Shown here piece after piece: positions 40,330 to 53,300 of a DNA stretch of 64,000 nt (positions are counted from its first letter, which is position 1; each line of letters begins with the position of its first letter). A program made the position numbers and the translations under genes. Source of the DNA: Takakia lepidozioides (taxonomy: Eukaryota; Plantae; Bryophyta); the NCBI GenBank assembly GCA_030704615.1, contig CM060734.1, forward strand, positions 4,898,001 to 4,962,000, written 5' to 3'. The notes below the pieces were generated by a model. The model worked only from the letters and a program-made list of their open reading frames with translations. It made no database searches and was not told the origin of the DNA.

Positions 40330-43300
40330 CCTTAGAGAGAGACGCAGAGCAAGAGAGCAAATGACGAGGCGTCGTTTGTTGAGAACACAGGGCCAAGGCA
40401 GCATGTGAACGCGGAGACTGATTCAGAAGAGCAGACGGAGACTGAGGCAGCGGCTGTGACACAGTCGGCGATAAGAGTGCCCAGCCTGTGGAGGCAGAGA
40501 TGATTCGCAGGGACACTGACGAGTCGGGAATGAGGTACTCTACCGTCAATCATCGTTTTCTACAGTCTGTCTGATTGCCTTTCAAGCAGTCCTTCCTCTT
40601 CCCATGCTGGCGACGGTAATCACAGTGGAGTCAATCTGAATAATCTGCACTTACTGTCCGCCTAAACTATACTGAATGTCGTTGCCGCCAATCACTTGCA
40701 CATAGATGTCATTACACACACCGATCCGGCAGGTCGTTATCTTTTGTGATTGTCGTTAACGCCGTTCGCTATCGCTCTCGCTTTTGTTTTGAATACGGCA
40801 GTATCAGCTTTGCTTGTGTAGATTGTGCTGAATTGTTTCACACCATTCATGTGAGTTTCTTGAGACAGAGTGATGGTCGTTACCGCCATTCACTATTTGC
40901 AAATTACTCAGTCAGAACTGAATGGCATCGTGCAGAAAACTGTGAGGTCGAAGCCTACAGGATCAGAGGGGAAAGGATCTGGAGATGGGGACGAGTCCGC
41001 AAAAGCTCAGAGAATACAGATGAAGCAGATGAATCTGAAGTGCACTACCTTGACAAGGTGAAAGAACTCATGTCATTCCAGAAGGTAAACTCTCAGGAGG
41101 TTATAAGGGACATGCTCGTATCTGGAGGGCGTCTGGACATCCCTCTGTGCCGGATGATATCAATGCCTGTTGTGCGTCCACCTCTTTCCCATGACATAAC
41201 AAAATTGGAGAGTGATTTTGTGCATGGATATAGACTTGGTGCACAAGTTTTTTATGTGTCACTGACGGATATAAATGGGAAAAGCACATTAGTGTCTCCA
41301 GAGATCAGTGATAACTGGGATGAGTGCTGGAAAGATGCCAATGAGGAGTTCGAGCTGGGCCTCATGATGGGAAAGAACACCCAGCAATTCTGCAACCACA
41401 TGTTCTACGTCTGGGACGGCAACCACCGATTGCTGGCATGGATGGGATACATTCAGAAACACCATGCGAAAGACAAAGACAAGCATGTTGCTGTGGAGGC
41501 AATGGTTTTGGATCCTGGAAACGACATCGCTAGGCTTCTTACAGCTATGCACGACGTGAACAAGTAAGTCATCCAGGAGATTTCATTCCCTCTGTAGTGT
41601 CTTATTAATCCTCAAAAAACAGTGTTAAGGAATGCAATGTTTCCAATGTTTTTGCAGATCGACAGAGAAATCGCATGTGACAACAAGCTTGGTTCACACA
41701 CTATTCCGAATTCAGAGGATTGGTCTGATGAAGCTGGATGATTTTCGGACAGTACTACCACCCAATATCATCAAGAAGTGCGAAACAGGAAGAGCTGCAG
41801 GCACTTGGTATTCTTTGACACGAGAGGCGTTTCTGGAGTACATGTATGCGGTAAGCCCGAGTCTGTACTCTGTTTACTTTTCGAATACATGTTTGTAGTC
41901 CCTTCGGAGCTAATCACTACTTGAATCAATGGAACTGGCAGAGGCAGCTGAGAAGGGAAAATCCGAATATTACCGCACTACACCAGAGGAACTAAGGACA
42001 TCAAAGGGTGTGGAAGCTGCAATAAAGAAGGAGTTTGAAATGCGAAGAACCAAATTGATGTCCGCCTTCGGAAAGCAGCTTAGAATAGTAGATCCTGGAC
42101 TTGGTTGAGTTCCTTCAGCAGATCAAAACACACTATGACAAGCATGTGCATCCGGAGATGCAGCAGGAGAAATTGCACCGGCTGGCCATATCGATGGTCG
42201 ACCCACAAACAAAAATAAGGTGGCTGGAGATATGGAACTCAGATCAAACAGTAAAGGACTTGAATCAGTTCCCAAAGAGCACCATACAGCCTGGCACAAA
42301 GGTGGAAGGAATCAGTGATTTGGTGTTTGATAACTGGCTCCACAAGGCTACATTTTGGAGTCAGGTGTGTATTCAAATGCTTTTCTTCTCTTCAAGTATG
42401 TGATGAGTATCTTATTTGCAATTCTGACAAATATACTATTTGCAGCTCGACATTGCCTGTCATGAATTTGACCCTCCCATTGTTGGGGAGGAGAGGTCTC
42501 ACCTGGAGAGTTTTCCGGGAGTCTTTTTTTTACGGTCCAACGACTTTGTTGTGGTTGGTTGTGACAATGTCATTGAAACTCTACTGCTTTTTTTGGGAAA
42601 AAATGTGGCTTCATAAGGATTGCAATCATAGATCCAGATTGAATGTCGTTGACGACATTCACTTCTTTGTCTGAGTCATTCTTAAGCGAGTATATGAATT
42701 CACCTGGTTAGGATCTAAGGGTGTAATTATAGTGTCCCTGATTAGAATTGATAATGTCCTTGAATGGCGTTGACGACGACATTCACATCCGGAGTTGTTG
42801 AGAGAGGTCCTCAGAGTTATGTAAATTTTTGTAATGTCCATAGAGGTTACAGTGAGGGTTCCTCACTTCATATTGCTGAATTTCAATGCAGACATTCAGT
42901 TGTTTCTGCATTGTTTTGCCTCTTGCGAGGAATCTGGAGGCTTGATAAGCTCTGTTATGAGAAATCCAAAGTGAATGTGTATTGTCGACATTCACTTCTG
43001 TGTCTGTATTATTCAACAGCGACAATTTGAATTTACATGGATTGGGGAGCTAAGTAATTGGTTCCTTGTTGGTATTTTTGTGAATGGCGTTTGACGCCAT
43101 TCACATACAGTGTTTTGTGAGGTCCTCAGTGATATGTTCGTTATGAATGTGCATTGAGTTTTCCTGGAGGGTTCCTTACTCGAGTTTATGATTTCTATCC
43201 TGTGATTTTGCTTCATTTGAGGAATAATTAGGCTTGATTAGTGAATGTCGTTGACGACATTCACTTCTATGTCTGTGTCATTCCAAAACGATAGTTTGCA

Positions 43301-45469
43301 TTCACCTGGATTTAGGATGTATTTACTTATCATTGAATGGAATGTTTTGAATGGCGTTGACGACATTCACATTTGGAGCATTCGTGTGGTCCTGAAAGGT
43401 CCTTGAGCAGTTCTCAGAGCCATTTCAATCTATGTTTTTTTTCATTCTGTTCTACTTGCATCTTACTCACTGAGCGCTTTTGTGGGTTGGGATTTTATCT
43501 CCTTTTTTCAGGTACACGAAATATGTGCTTGGAAGGAAATCACCTGAGCGGAATTCCAGACTATCTTGACATGTGGTCGGACCCTGCAAACGATCCAACC
43601 ATGTATACTGCAGGGATATTGAAGGACTGGAGTCCTTCTCACTTCAGAGACTGTGGGGTACCTTGACTGCCCACCGGAGCACACGACCTTTCAAGAACAG
43701 CATATGAAATACTTGAACAATAACGCTGAGATGCTGGCGCCTTTGACTGACGAAGAGTACCAACGAAACATAGCAACATTGGCTGCCAAGGAGCCTGATG
43801 CTCAGGGAACGCCGCAGAAGGGAAAGAAGGCGGGCCGCAAACCAAAAGACAAGGCTGTTGATGTCATAGCCATCTCACCAGCAAAGCCAAAGGACAAAGA
43901 CAAGTCCAAAGAGAAGGAAAAGGACAAGGGGAAGGAGAAAGAAAAGGAGATGGAGAGTGGGGCAGGACTTTACTGCTGGAGATATACCCGCACTGTTCAC
44001 TGCGTGTTCGATGCCAAGCCACACCCTTCCCGTTCTGATTCGGCAGGAGAGATGAAAATTGTTAATGAGGGTGGTTGTCGATGATGCAGAGTCGAAAGAG
44101 AGGATACACTGGGGTGCCATCGCCTATCTGGGACAATATAATCTCATTCTCAATCTGGTGAGAATTCCAGTTTCTTCCTTTTTATCTGAAAGTTTCGTTG
44201 GCAGTATTTCAGTCTCGTTCTTTGAAAACATTCTTGCTTTCGTTCTTATAAAAAACATGTCTGTTGCAGGTGAGCACAGGTCCCACCTTCGTGTGCGGTG
44301 TGCAGAAAACTTATGCGGCCGACATTGTCATTCTCGACATTCCGGATGGCCAGGCTGTGCCAGAAGTTCTTCCAAAGGGCAAGACGCCAGGCTGGAACAA
44401 ATTCGAGGACAACTACTGGGGTTGGGTGTTCGGGTTCTGTAATAACTTCCTCTCTGATGCAGGGACACTTCTGCTTTTTCAGTCATGTGACAATGATAGT
44501 CGTCGGGCATTGGCATCATACCTCAAGTCTTCAGGGTTTGAAGTTTTTTGCGCACATGGAATTGTGTGAACAGCCTCTACCTTGTGAAAGGGGGTTTCCC
44601 TGGTCAGCTGGTATGCCGTCTCCCTTCTGCTTGTGCTTTCATGATGAGTTTCAATGTTCTCTGCAGCTCCACTCTAGTAGAATCTGTTATGATCGACAAC
44701 GATCATCACCGATCTGTGATAAAAATGATTTTTTTGTGTCTGAGTTCTGAATAGCCGATGTACACACTTCCACTATAGATTGTGTTTACCACACTAACCT
44801 GCTATCTTTCGCAGACGAGGATGTTCGAGGCGATCTGCCTGCGGAGGATTCGCACCTCAAAGACACCATCCTCCATCCGCAGCTTTGAGATTTTTGACCA
44901 GGGTTGTTTCGTCAACCCCCCCTATGAGCCCCATGTCGATGACATTTTGTACAACTTCATGCAGTCCAGTCAGACTCTGAAGAGACCAGATGGCACAGGG
45001 TGATTCTGACCTCTACAACACAATGCTCCTCCCCCTTTTGTCTGGCTCCACTTCAGGCACACAGACTGATCGGATTCAAATTCGAAATGATGACGATCCC
45101 GAAGATAAGCAGGTCGACAACGACTTTTCATGTGAGTAAGTGCTAAACCCTCTTTGGGAGCCATACTCAATTTCTCAATAACATCAAAGTTACAGTAATA
45201 ACTTTTTCAGGCTGTCTTTCAGGAAAGGCAGCGGTGGATCTTCAGGAGATACAGTCATTTCTGGCGAGTCTGTTTTCGACAGCCCCCTTTCCAATTTTCT
45301 GCTTCCTGTTTATGCCGAAGCAATGGCACTTCACGCGGCCGAGTCCCTATCCCCTAACTTTTTAGTGGCCAGCCGTAGGTGTATCCAGCATGGATCCGGT
45401 GTTCTAAAATACATAGACTTAGATGCAGAGGAAGCGGGGATACATTGTACTGACTCTGAGTCAGACTGA
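40330..45469 (+). pseudogene. ParB/Srx-like plus amino-methyltransferase-like gene of the inner MULE (multi-exon, decayed 3' part)
   Basis: LDIPLCRMISMPVVRPPLSHDITKL...FYVWDGNHRLLAWM...MHDVNK|STEKSHVTTSLVHTLFRI...ADIVILDIPDG...WNKFEDNYW...FLSDAGTLLLF...VDDILYNF is colinear with the outer gene and shares intron positions. The SAM-binding motif is only doubtfully visible (DFSC near 45122); the start is uncertain. Confidence 0.78.
42640..43370. repeat. Intronic array of the palindrome TGAATGTCGT-TG-ACGACATTCA (7 copies, about 95-160 bp apart)
   Basis: Copies start near 42640, 42761, 42878, 42972, 43081, 43242 and 43348, in the intron before the exon GTRNMCLEG. Confidence 0.8.
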
Positions 45470-48129
45470 ACTGTATTCTTTTAATATTCATTTTCATACT
45501 ATCTGGAAAACGTTGAATCCCCTTCCACCACCGTAGTTGTTCCTTTAGAACAAATAATAATCACAGAATCAACTTTCATTTAAATTGCAATATGTATGAA
45601 TCCATCTCACAAACCTCCCTGACTCTTTCTCATATCCATTGTGCATTCATCTACAGTGTATTCATGCGTGCTCCATTCATGAATTTTTCCCTTTGTTCAA
45701 CATCCATTGTACATTCATCCTCTGTACTCTTTAATCCACCCCACAAACCTTCCACACTCATTTCATATACTTGTGCATTCGTCAAAAGTTTTGGTCATGC
45801 ATCTTTCCTGTCATGAATTTTTGTCATTGCTCAACATCCATTATACATTCATCCATTTTACTCTTATCCATCCTCATTCATCCATCTACATTCATTTTTC
45901 ACACTCATCCATCTATTTATCATCCAACTGTACATTCATCCATCCTTTATTCAATGCCTTTTATTATGTCGTCCAGCTTGTTTCCGCGGTAAAGGGTGCC
46001 AATCCGCGGGAATACACTCCACTTCTTTCTGGGCGCGTGGTGACGCGGCCTTCACGTGTGATGACGTGGAGTGAGCCCCGTGACGTGGCGTGAGCGCAGG
46101 TGCGCTCACGCGCTCACATGACCAGGCTCACGCCGAGGCATCCCTGGCCTGGGAGGGCAGGTCTCACCACCTACAATGACACCAAGCGGCAAAGGGGAAT
46201 CCGAAGCTTGGCCGGGTACACCATGCCCCCCAGCACCCTGCCAATGTTGTTGTGGGTTGCCTCCAACATCTTGGCAGCGGCCAACTTCATATCCGCCTCC
46301 GACATGACGTCTCCTGCAGAGGGGTTCTCCGGCAGCCCACCAGGACCGCCAAATCCAGCCTTTATGCTGCGGGTTTGGGGCCTGGGGATGTCCGGGAGGA
46401 TGTCATCCTGGTCAAAAGCTCCTTGTCGTCCTCCTCAACATGGTCAGCCACCGGCGAAACCACCTCGAGCACTCTCCCCGTCTGTACTGCCCTTTCCCCG
46501 GCTTCACCTCGAACTGGCACAATCCGTGCTCTTTCTGGTGTTCTTTCCTCTCCTCCACTCTCCACCGTATGGGTAATTGCAGGGCTTTGCCCGCGATGGT
46601 CTAACCGGTGTGTTACTGCCTCTTTGTGGTGTCTTGGAGGATCCATCGTCTCTGTGCGTCCCTCGCTTACATTGGCATCTGTCATTTGGGCACCCCTGGC
46701 CTCTTCAGTGGCCTTTTCTCTTTCCTCCTGGCAAGCATTCTGTCTCGCCTGTTCTTTTGCCCTCACTTTTGCCCTCTCACGGGCTTTCTATTTCTTACTA
46801 GGGCTAGCAGCAGGGGAGCCCTCCAGGACGACCACCTTTGATTGAGGCGAACTGACACCCTCGCGCGCACTGCTCACCCCCCCCTCTGCAGCCCGTGACG
46901 GCTCTCTCGCCGGGGATTGCATGTGCTTAGTTTTCTTCTTCTTCTTTGCGTGGGCGGGCCCTACTGCATGTGCATCAACAACCTCCATTGCCGGATCTGC
47001 TGTCCTCACGTCCTCACGCCCTTCACCTGCCATGCCGCCTGCACCAACCTCCCCAATGCCTATTCTGTCGTACTCTCGCTGCAGGTCCTCCCGTCCACCA
47101 ACAAAAGGTTTAAGTTTGCCCTCTCGCCCCAAGTTGGGTGATTCAAACATGCGATGAGTTGGAGCTGTCGATGATACCACCAGCGTGCCGGGCTCGTCAT
47201 CACTCTGTCATTCCCAAAAATCGTGAGAACCAACATCGGTGCCAAAACCAGCATCGCAACGAGCAGCGCAACCACCATAGCAACAATCGTGGAACAACAA
47301 TGAAAACAAAACATGTTTAGGAAGTATGGAGTGCCATGGAACAACAATGAAAACAAATCCAACCAATGCCTAAGAATGACATGCACAAGCAGCCTTCTCC
47401 AGAGCTGTCGGCTTTGCACACGCATTGCAAACTATGTAAGGTTCACTCAACCGGTAATATGAAACACGATGAACAAATTATCAGGAATTCCATAAGACGA
47501 GAAAACAGGGTGAAATGTTTTGAAGGCACTTCATCTACTCAGACATTCTTCTCAGCTCAGCATGGATTTCCTTAATTTTTAACCACTCACACCTTGATCA
47601 TTCTTCGCAACAGCTCCTGCTTTTGCGATGCAACCATACGCTTCCAGCGATGCCAGGATGAAGATGCGAAAACAAAACGAAACAACAAAGCGAAAGCGAA
47701 AGCGAACAAAGCGAAAGCAGAAGAAGTGCTTGCCTGAGAGTACTCGGCTTCAGTTGGCGCGGGTTGTGAGCAAGACACTGGAATCTCCTGTTGGAGCTTA
47801 AGTTTGGCCATGCGAGAGATTGGCCGTCGTCCAAAGTACAAAGCTCTCAACTTCCGCCGCGGTCTGGATGTGGGGTCTCTCTCAGGAGAGCCACGCCCTT
47901 CAGGCGGCATAAGTCCCAGCCAAAAAAAAAAAAGATCTTAGTTTTTTGGGGTACATGCCTCGAATAGAAGTTCATCCAAGTTTAGCATCAGATTTAGGGT
48001 ACGTATCGAGGAAGCAACCGTGGAATCCCTGTATCGCCAGCCCGAATCAAAACAGACGGCGGTGGACATTTAATGCCCAACTACGCAATTAAATGTCGGA
48101 TGAAGCCCTCCCTGTCGGATGAAATGTGA

Positions 48130-50050
48130 CGCAACTCGGCCCCGAATTTCCAACGTAGAGGTAATTCGGAGCGCGGTAGGATGGGAATCCGGCGCCGGAT
48201 TTCCATCCTGCAGGTAATCGGAGACGCGGATAAATAATCTGGCGCCGGGATTTCCATCCGCCAGGTAGGGCGGCGTGCAAAATTTCCGTCACGCAGGTAA
48301 TTCTGCGCGCGGATGGATGGAAATCCGGCGCCGGATTTCCATCCGCCAGGTAGGGCGGCGCGCCAAATTTTCGTCATGCAGGTAATTCGGAGCGCCGCAG
48401 GATGGAAATTCAGCGCCGAATTTCCATCCTGCAGGTAATTTCAAGCGCCGAATTTCCGTCATGCAGGTAATTCGGAGCCCGGATGGATGGAAATTCGGCG
48501 CCGAATTACCATCCTGCAGGTAATTCTGAGCGTGGCCGCTTGGTTTTTCGGAGAAAAACACAGTAAACTGTTAGTTTTGTGCCTGAAGTCCACTTTTAGA
48601 CACGTTTTTCATGGACTCCTCGACTACTAGAGGGAAATCGGAACGGCCCCGGACGGAAATTCGGTGTCGTTTTTCCATCCTGGGGGTTTTTATATCGTCC
48701 AGTTTTCGGCCTCACCACCGACCGGACTTCCTTTGATGGGGCCCGGATGGAAATTCGGCGCCGAATTTCCATCCGAGGGATGCTCTCTGTCGGACAGGGT
48801 GCCGTCCTCTCCGCCCGAGGCGACTTCATCCGGGCGTCCCCTGTTGGATATTCGGTGCCGAATTTCCGTCCGGGGGTTGAAATGTGACGGCCAGGTGCCG
48901 GCCTCTCCTCCCTCCCCAACTGCATCCGAACGGCCCCGGATGAAAATTCGGCGACGTTTTTCCATCCGGGGAGGTTTTTATGTCGACCAGTTTTCGGCCT
49001 GACCCCCCGACACGACTTCCTTTGGGGGGCCCGGATGGAAATTCGGCGCCGAATCTCCATCCAGGGGATGCTCTCTGTCGGACAGGTGCCGGCCTCTCCG
49101 CCCGAGGCGACTTCATCCGGGCGTCCCCTGTTGGATAATCGGTGCCGAATTTCCGTCCGGGGGTTGAAATGTGACGACCATGTGCCGGCCTCTCCCCCCT
49201 CCCCGACTGCATCCGAACGGCCCCGGATGAAAATCGGCGACGTTTTTCATCCGGGGAGGTTTTATGTCGGCTAGTTTTCGGCCTGACCCCCGACATGACT
49301 TCCTTTGGGGGGGCCCGGATGGAAATTCGGCGCCGAATCTCCATCCAGGGGATGCTCTCTGTCGGACACGTGCCGGCCTCTCCGCCCGAGGCGACTTCAT
49401 CTGGGCGTCCCCTGTTGGATATTCGGTGCCGAATTTCCGTCCGGGGTTGAAATGTGACGGCCAGGTGCCGGCCTCTCCCCCCTCCCCAACTGCATCCGAA
49501 TGGCCCCGGATGGAAATTCGGCGCCGTTTTTCCATCCAGGGAGGTTTTTATGTCGACCAGTTTTCGGCCTGACCCCCCGACACGACTTCCTTTGGGGGGG
49601 GCCGGATGGAAATTCGGCGCCGAATCTCCATCCAGGGGATCCTCTCTGTCGGACACGTGCCGGCCTCTCCGCCGAGGCGACTTCATCCGGGCGTCCCCTG
49701 TTGGATATTCGGTGCCGAATTTCCGTCCGGGGGTTGAAATGTGACGGCCATGTGCCGGCCTCTCCCCCCTCCCCGACTGCCTCCGAACGGCCCCGGATGG
49801 AATTCGGCGCCATTTTTCCATCCGGGGAGGTTTTTATGTCGGCAGTTTTCGGCCTGACCCCCCGACACGACTTCCTTTGGGGGATCCGGATGGAAACTCA
49901 GCGCTGAATTTCCATCCGGGGATGTTCTCTGTCGACAGGTGCCGGCCTCTCTGCCCCAGGCGACTTCATCCGTGCGGCCCCGGTTGGATATTCGGTGCCG
50001 AATTTTCATTCGGGGGTAGTAATGTGACGGCACGGTGCCGGCTTCTCCCC
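48130..50050. repeat. Intergenic palindrome satellite of the outer MULE
   Basis: 48130-48530 has short units around GGAAAT(T/C)CGGCGCCG(A/G)ATTTCC. 48640-50050 has about 285-bp units (anchors 48744, 49032, 49316, 49603, 49887), each with three palindrome variants. A perfect 32-bp palindrome lies at 48744-48775. Confidence 0.92.
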
Positions 50051-50395
50051 TTCAGCCGACATCATCCGGACGGCCCCCCACTTTCTGACTGCATACCGTT
50101 GGCAGTTATTGCGCAAAGACCAGGGCCGCATTCCGAGACAAGGTTCATTAACACTCTGACTGTGGATTTTTGAGATAGTTGGCTCCCTGGATTTGGATCA
50201 GGCTTCGTCGCTCGGACAAATCGGCACCGCATTCCTTCCATCGCTGCATCCCCCTTCTACCAGGGAGCTTGCCCGCACGCCATCCTGGCAGTCTTGTGTG
50301 CACATCTCCCATGGCAGAAAACCGAGCGCTACAGTGTACTGCCCTCCTCACGAGCATAGAGCTTCATTTCCGTGCAGAGGGACATCTGCCGGGTG

Positions 50396-53300
50396 ATGGA
50401 GAAATATCTGTGCGTTTCGATACCACCTGAAACCGGGGTCGGTTTTTTTGGAGGAGGAAAGGAAGGACTTAAACGGCGTTGTTGTCGAGAGTATTGTTGT
50501 GCTCCACGATGATTTCGGCGATGGCAGGGAATGGCGAGTTCCACCATCGGACAGCGTCATATACAGGGCTGTTGGGGACTTCATTTGCCCGCCAAATGCA
50601 CCTTCTATCCTGACGCCTTCAACGAAACAATCCGCGAATCAGAGAGTGAGTACCTCAAGAGAGAAGTCCGCAACGAAGTAAATCCAGAGCCGAACCCATC
50701 AATGAAGAAAGCGAGAACCGGTTGTTCACAACCTGTCCGACTCAGATGAGGTCATGGAAGTTCCGAGATCGTCCTGGAGATCAGGCAAGTCCTCAATGAC
50801 GTCAGTGGACGAGGGAGTCATATTCCCAGCACGAGCACCGCAGTTCGATCTATTCTTGAAATTCTGCGAGGGCTTCACATGGAGGGACACCGCTCGGAGC
50901 TGGCCGGGCTGGACTACAGCAAGTTTGCAATTAAATCGGTTACATGTCTTCCCGCAGACGTCGACAATAATATCTTCTTTGAGTTCCCTCCTCAGGCGGA
51001 CTACTCGAGGGCGTCCGGAATGTTGACAGATATGGATAGAAAACATGACGGTCATCCTTGGTGCATTACCAAAACCACCAGCATGAAGATGCTCGATGGT
51101 GTGCGGGTGCGCTACATTGTTTGTGCGGGCGCGTTGCGGTGTTTCTCCCCAACTTGCTTCCACTTTAAATCCAGAGGTCACAGGAACGAGACCGATTGGA
51201 TAGGCACAGCTCATCAACCATTTTGAGCTCAGGAGAAGGTTCCGAACTCCACATTTAAGTGTGTGCATTGCAAAGAACCACCACACTGCATGTCTGTTTG
51301 TAATGCCAAGCAGTTCTATGTGTTGCACCGTTTCCCTGACCTCACCCGAGCTTGCATACACGTTGGTTCCCATTGTCACAAATTGGCGAGGGGGAACTCG
51401 CGGGAGGCTGCCCACGAGGCAGAGCAGCTCGTTCAGGAGGAGGTTAAGTTGAGACCGGGTGCCAAACCCAAACAGATACAGTTCCAAGCCGCCCATAAGA
51501 TGGCGTTGGCCAGAATTATGTCGGAAGACGGCTCCGACAGAGTTCCTCTCGATGACAAGGAAATGGAGGCATTGCTGGAGTCGGTGTCCCACGTCTATTC
51601 ACCGAATGTCCGAAACCACATGGTGTCATGCAAACAGAAAACTAGGCGTGGCTCGGATATGCACTCCATTCTGGAGGTGAAGCGATGATGTGGATATGAC
51701 TACATTCATGGAAGTCGGTTTCCAGGACAAGGGACTGAGGCAGATCGTTGTTTCGTATTCAAAATGTCGACATGTGGACCTGGCAGCGGCGTCGAACTGG
51801 TCGACAGGATGACGAGTGGGGACTTGTCAAACAGTTGGGTCATGTTCGACCATATCAAGCGAATTACAAATCACCAGTGGGTGACAATGGGTGCACATGT
51901 CTACGACACCCACTACAGGATGCTAATGACAATTGCTATTTGTGAGATGAAAGGAGAGGACACACAATCGGAGATGCTTCTTTGGCAGGGAATAAACGAA
52001 CAGATGGCCAAGGCGGGATTGCCCCCTCCCAATTTCCGTGGTTTCATGGCGGACAACGCACAAGCAAATTGGGCTGCCATCCGAAGGGTGTACGGGCAAG
52101 ACCCCAATGTTCCCATGGAAGGCAAGGAGAGATCTTGTGGGTTCCATTTTTTGCAGAGCCTTTTGCAGTACACAACCAGGCTCCTGGCGCCAGATTTCAG
52201 AGAGGAGTACCGTTCTATGTGTCTTGCATGGAAGCGCGCTCCCACCTTGGATGATGCAGAGACACAGTTTGCATGTATACGGGCTTGGTGGACATCATCA
52301 GGTGCTGTAAGGAAATCAGACGAGGGAGCAATGGTCAGTTGGCTAGCATGGTGGCATTATCGTTTTCTCCAGTTCGGCGACTATATGCGGGAGGTGAGTT
52401 GCACAAATTCGCGTCCCGTTGAACATTATTCTTGGCATTATTTGTAACTTGCTTGTAACCTCAACATGTGCTTGTGCAGGAAATGTGTCTCGACTCCGAC
52501 ACCGACATGCCCACGACAAACATGGCCGAATCAGTGCACTCTTCCTGGCGTGCCTCCTCTGCGGCGCATCTGGTGGACATCCTCACTGCCACAACGGAGG
52601 ACATTGTGAGGTCAATTATGGAGCAAAGCAGGTACAACGAGTTCTTGAAAGGGAAACAGTGGGGCTTGGGGCCGGACAGGCAGGAAATGCTGATGCGGAC
52701 TGCCTCCAGATCGAAGAATCCTCCGAAGTGGGTGGCGGCCTTGCGAGAGGGCCTTCGGGACACGCCATTGCTTCGAAGAGGCCAACATTTGGAAGGAGAT
52801 GTTCATACCCGTCCAGTGAGACGAAGACTTGACGAGGCACCTAGCGGAGAAGAGGATTCATGGCGAGCTGACAAGAATATTCGCACGCTCCCTCGTGTTC
52901 CTGTGATGTTGCCCGAGGAGGTCTCGTCGAGCACCGCAAGTCCTGCACGTTCAAGATCGCCATCTCCTTTGAGCACAGGGCGCATGCCCCGACAACATAA
53001 CGAGCCATCTGTAGTAAAGCAGTTCAACATTCCCATTGTGGAGACAAGAGTGTCGGAGTCACAGTGGAGAATTGCGAGGACATTGCCGGCATTTCGAGGG
53101 AAGTGTTGTGCCATCCGGGTGGATACGAGAGCACGCTGTGGTGAGATGATTCGGAGGAACCCACACGGTACTGTACCTGCACCTTGTTTCAGCGGCAGAT
53201 TTTTGACTCCCACATTTGCTCACGCCACAACGCAGACATTTTGGTTCTGTAGGTACGACATAATGACCTGTGTATTTGGCAAGCCCAAGTACGGGATTCA

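Larger units (their letters stand above)
35510..46146. mobile_element. Inner MULE-like DNA transposon (10.6 kb) of a second family with the same two-gene architecture
   Basis: 9-bp TSD GCCTGGGAG (35501-35509 and 46147-46155). Degenerate TIRs CAACGACGCAATGGCATGAGC vs CAGGGATGCCTCGGCGTGAGC (14/21). Excision restores the outer gene's reading frame. Confidence 0.9.
30990..47910 (-). pseudogene. ParB/Srx-like domain plus beta-class N6A/N4C DNA methyltransferase-like gene of the outer MULE (multi-exon, interrupted by the inner MULE)
   Basis: Joining across the inner element gives LRIPLCRLVSL*VVRPALPG|DIDKLKFSFRDGYRMG...FYVWDGNHRLLAW. Later exons give CDMILLDIPNG...LLDDGGCVVV (motif IV region) and TLMETCSDVQGRILDFTCGTG|TSMWAGTLSDRHVFAFEPD (SAM-binding motif I). 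Stops and frameshifts are present; the start and end are approximate. Confidence 0.78.

Noticed and set aside
42640-43370. CRISPR-like repeat-spacer array
   Set aside because: Spacing is irregular (95-160 bp), the intervening sequences are mutually similar and the array lies in a spliceosomal intron.
30990-45469. Bacterial contamination or prophage explaining the ParB and methylase motifs
   Set aside because: The genes have GT-AG introns and lie within TSD-bounded MULEs nested in a plant gypsy element.
45590-45960. His/Ile/Ser-rich ORFs
   Set aside because: Low-complexity CATTCATC-type sequence in the inner element's subterminal region.
48130-50050. CRISPR array or protein-coding repeats (ORFs up to 331 aa)
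   Set aside because: The sequences between palindromes are themselves repeated with a ~285-bp period. The ORFs on both strands are by-products of a GC-rich satellite.
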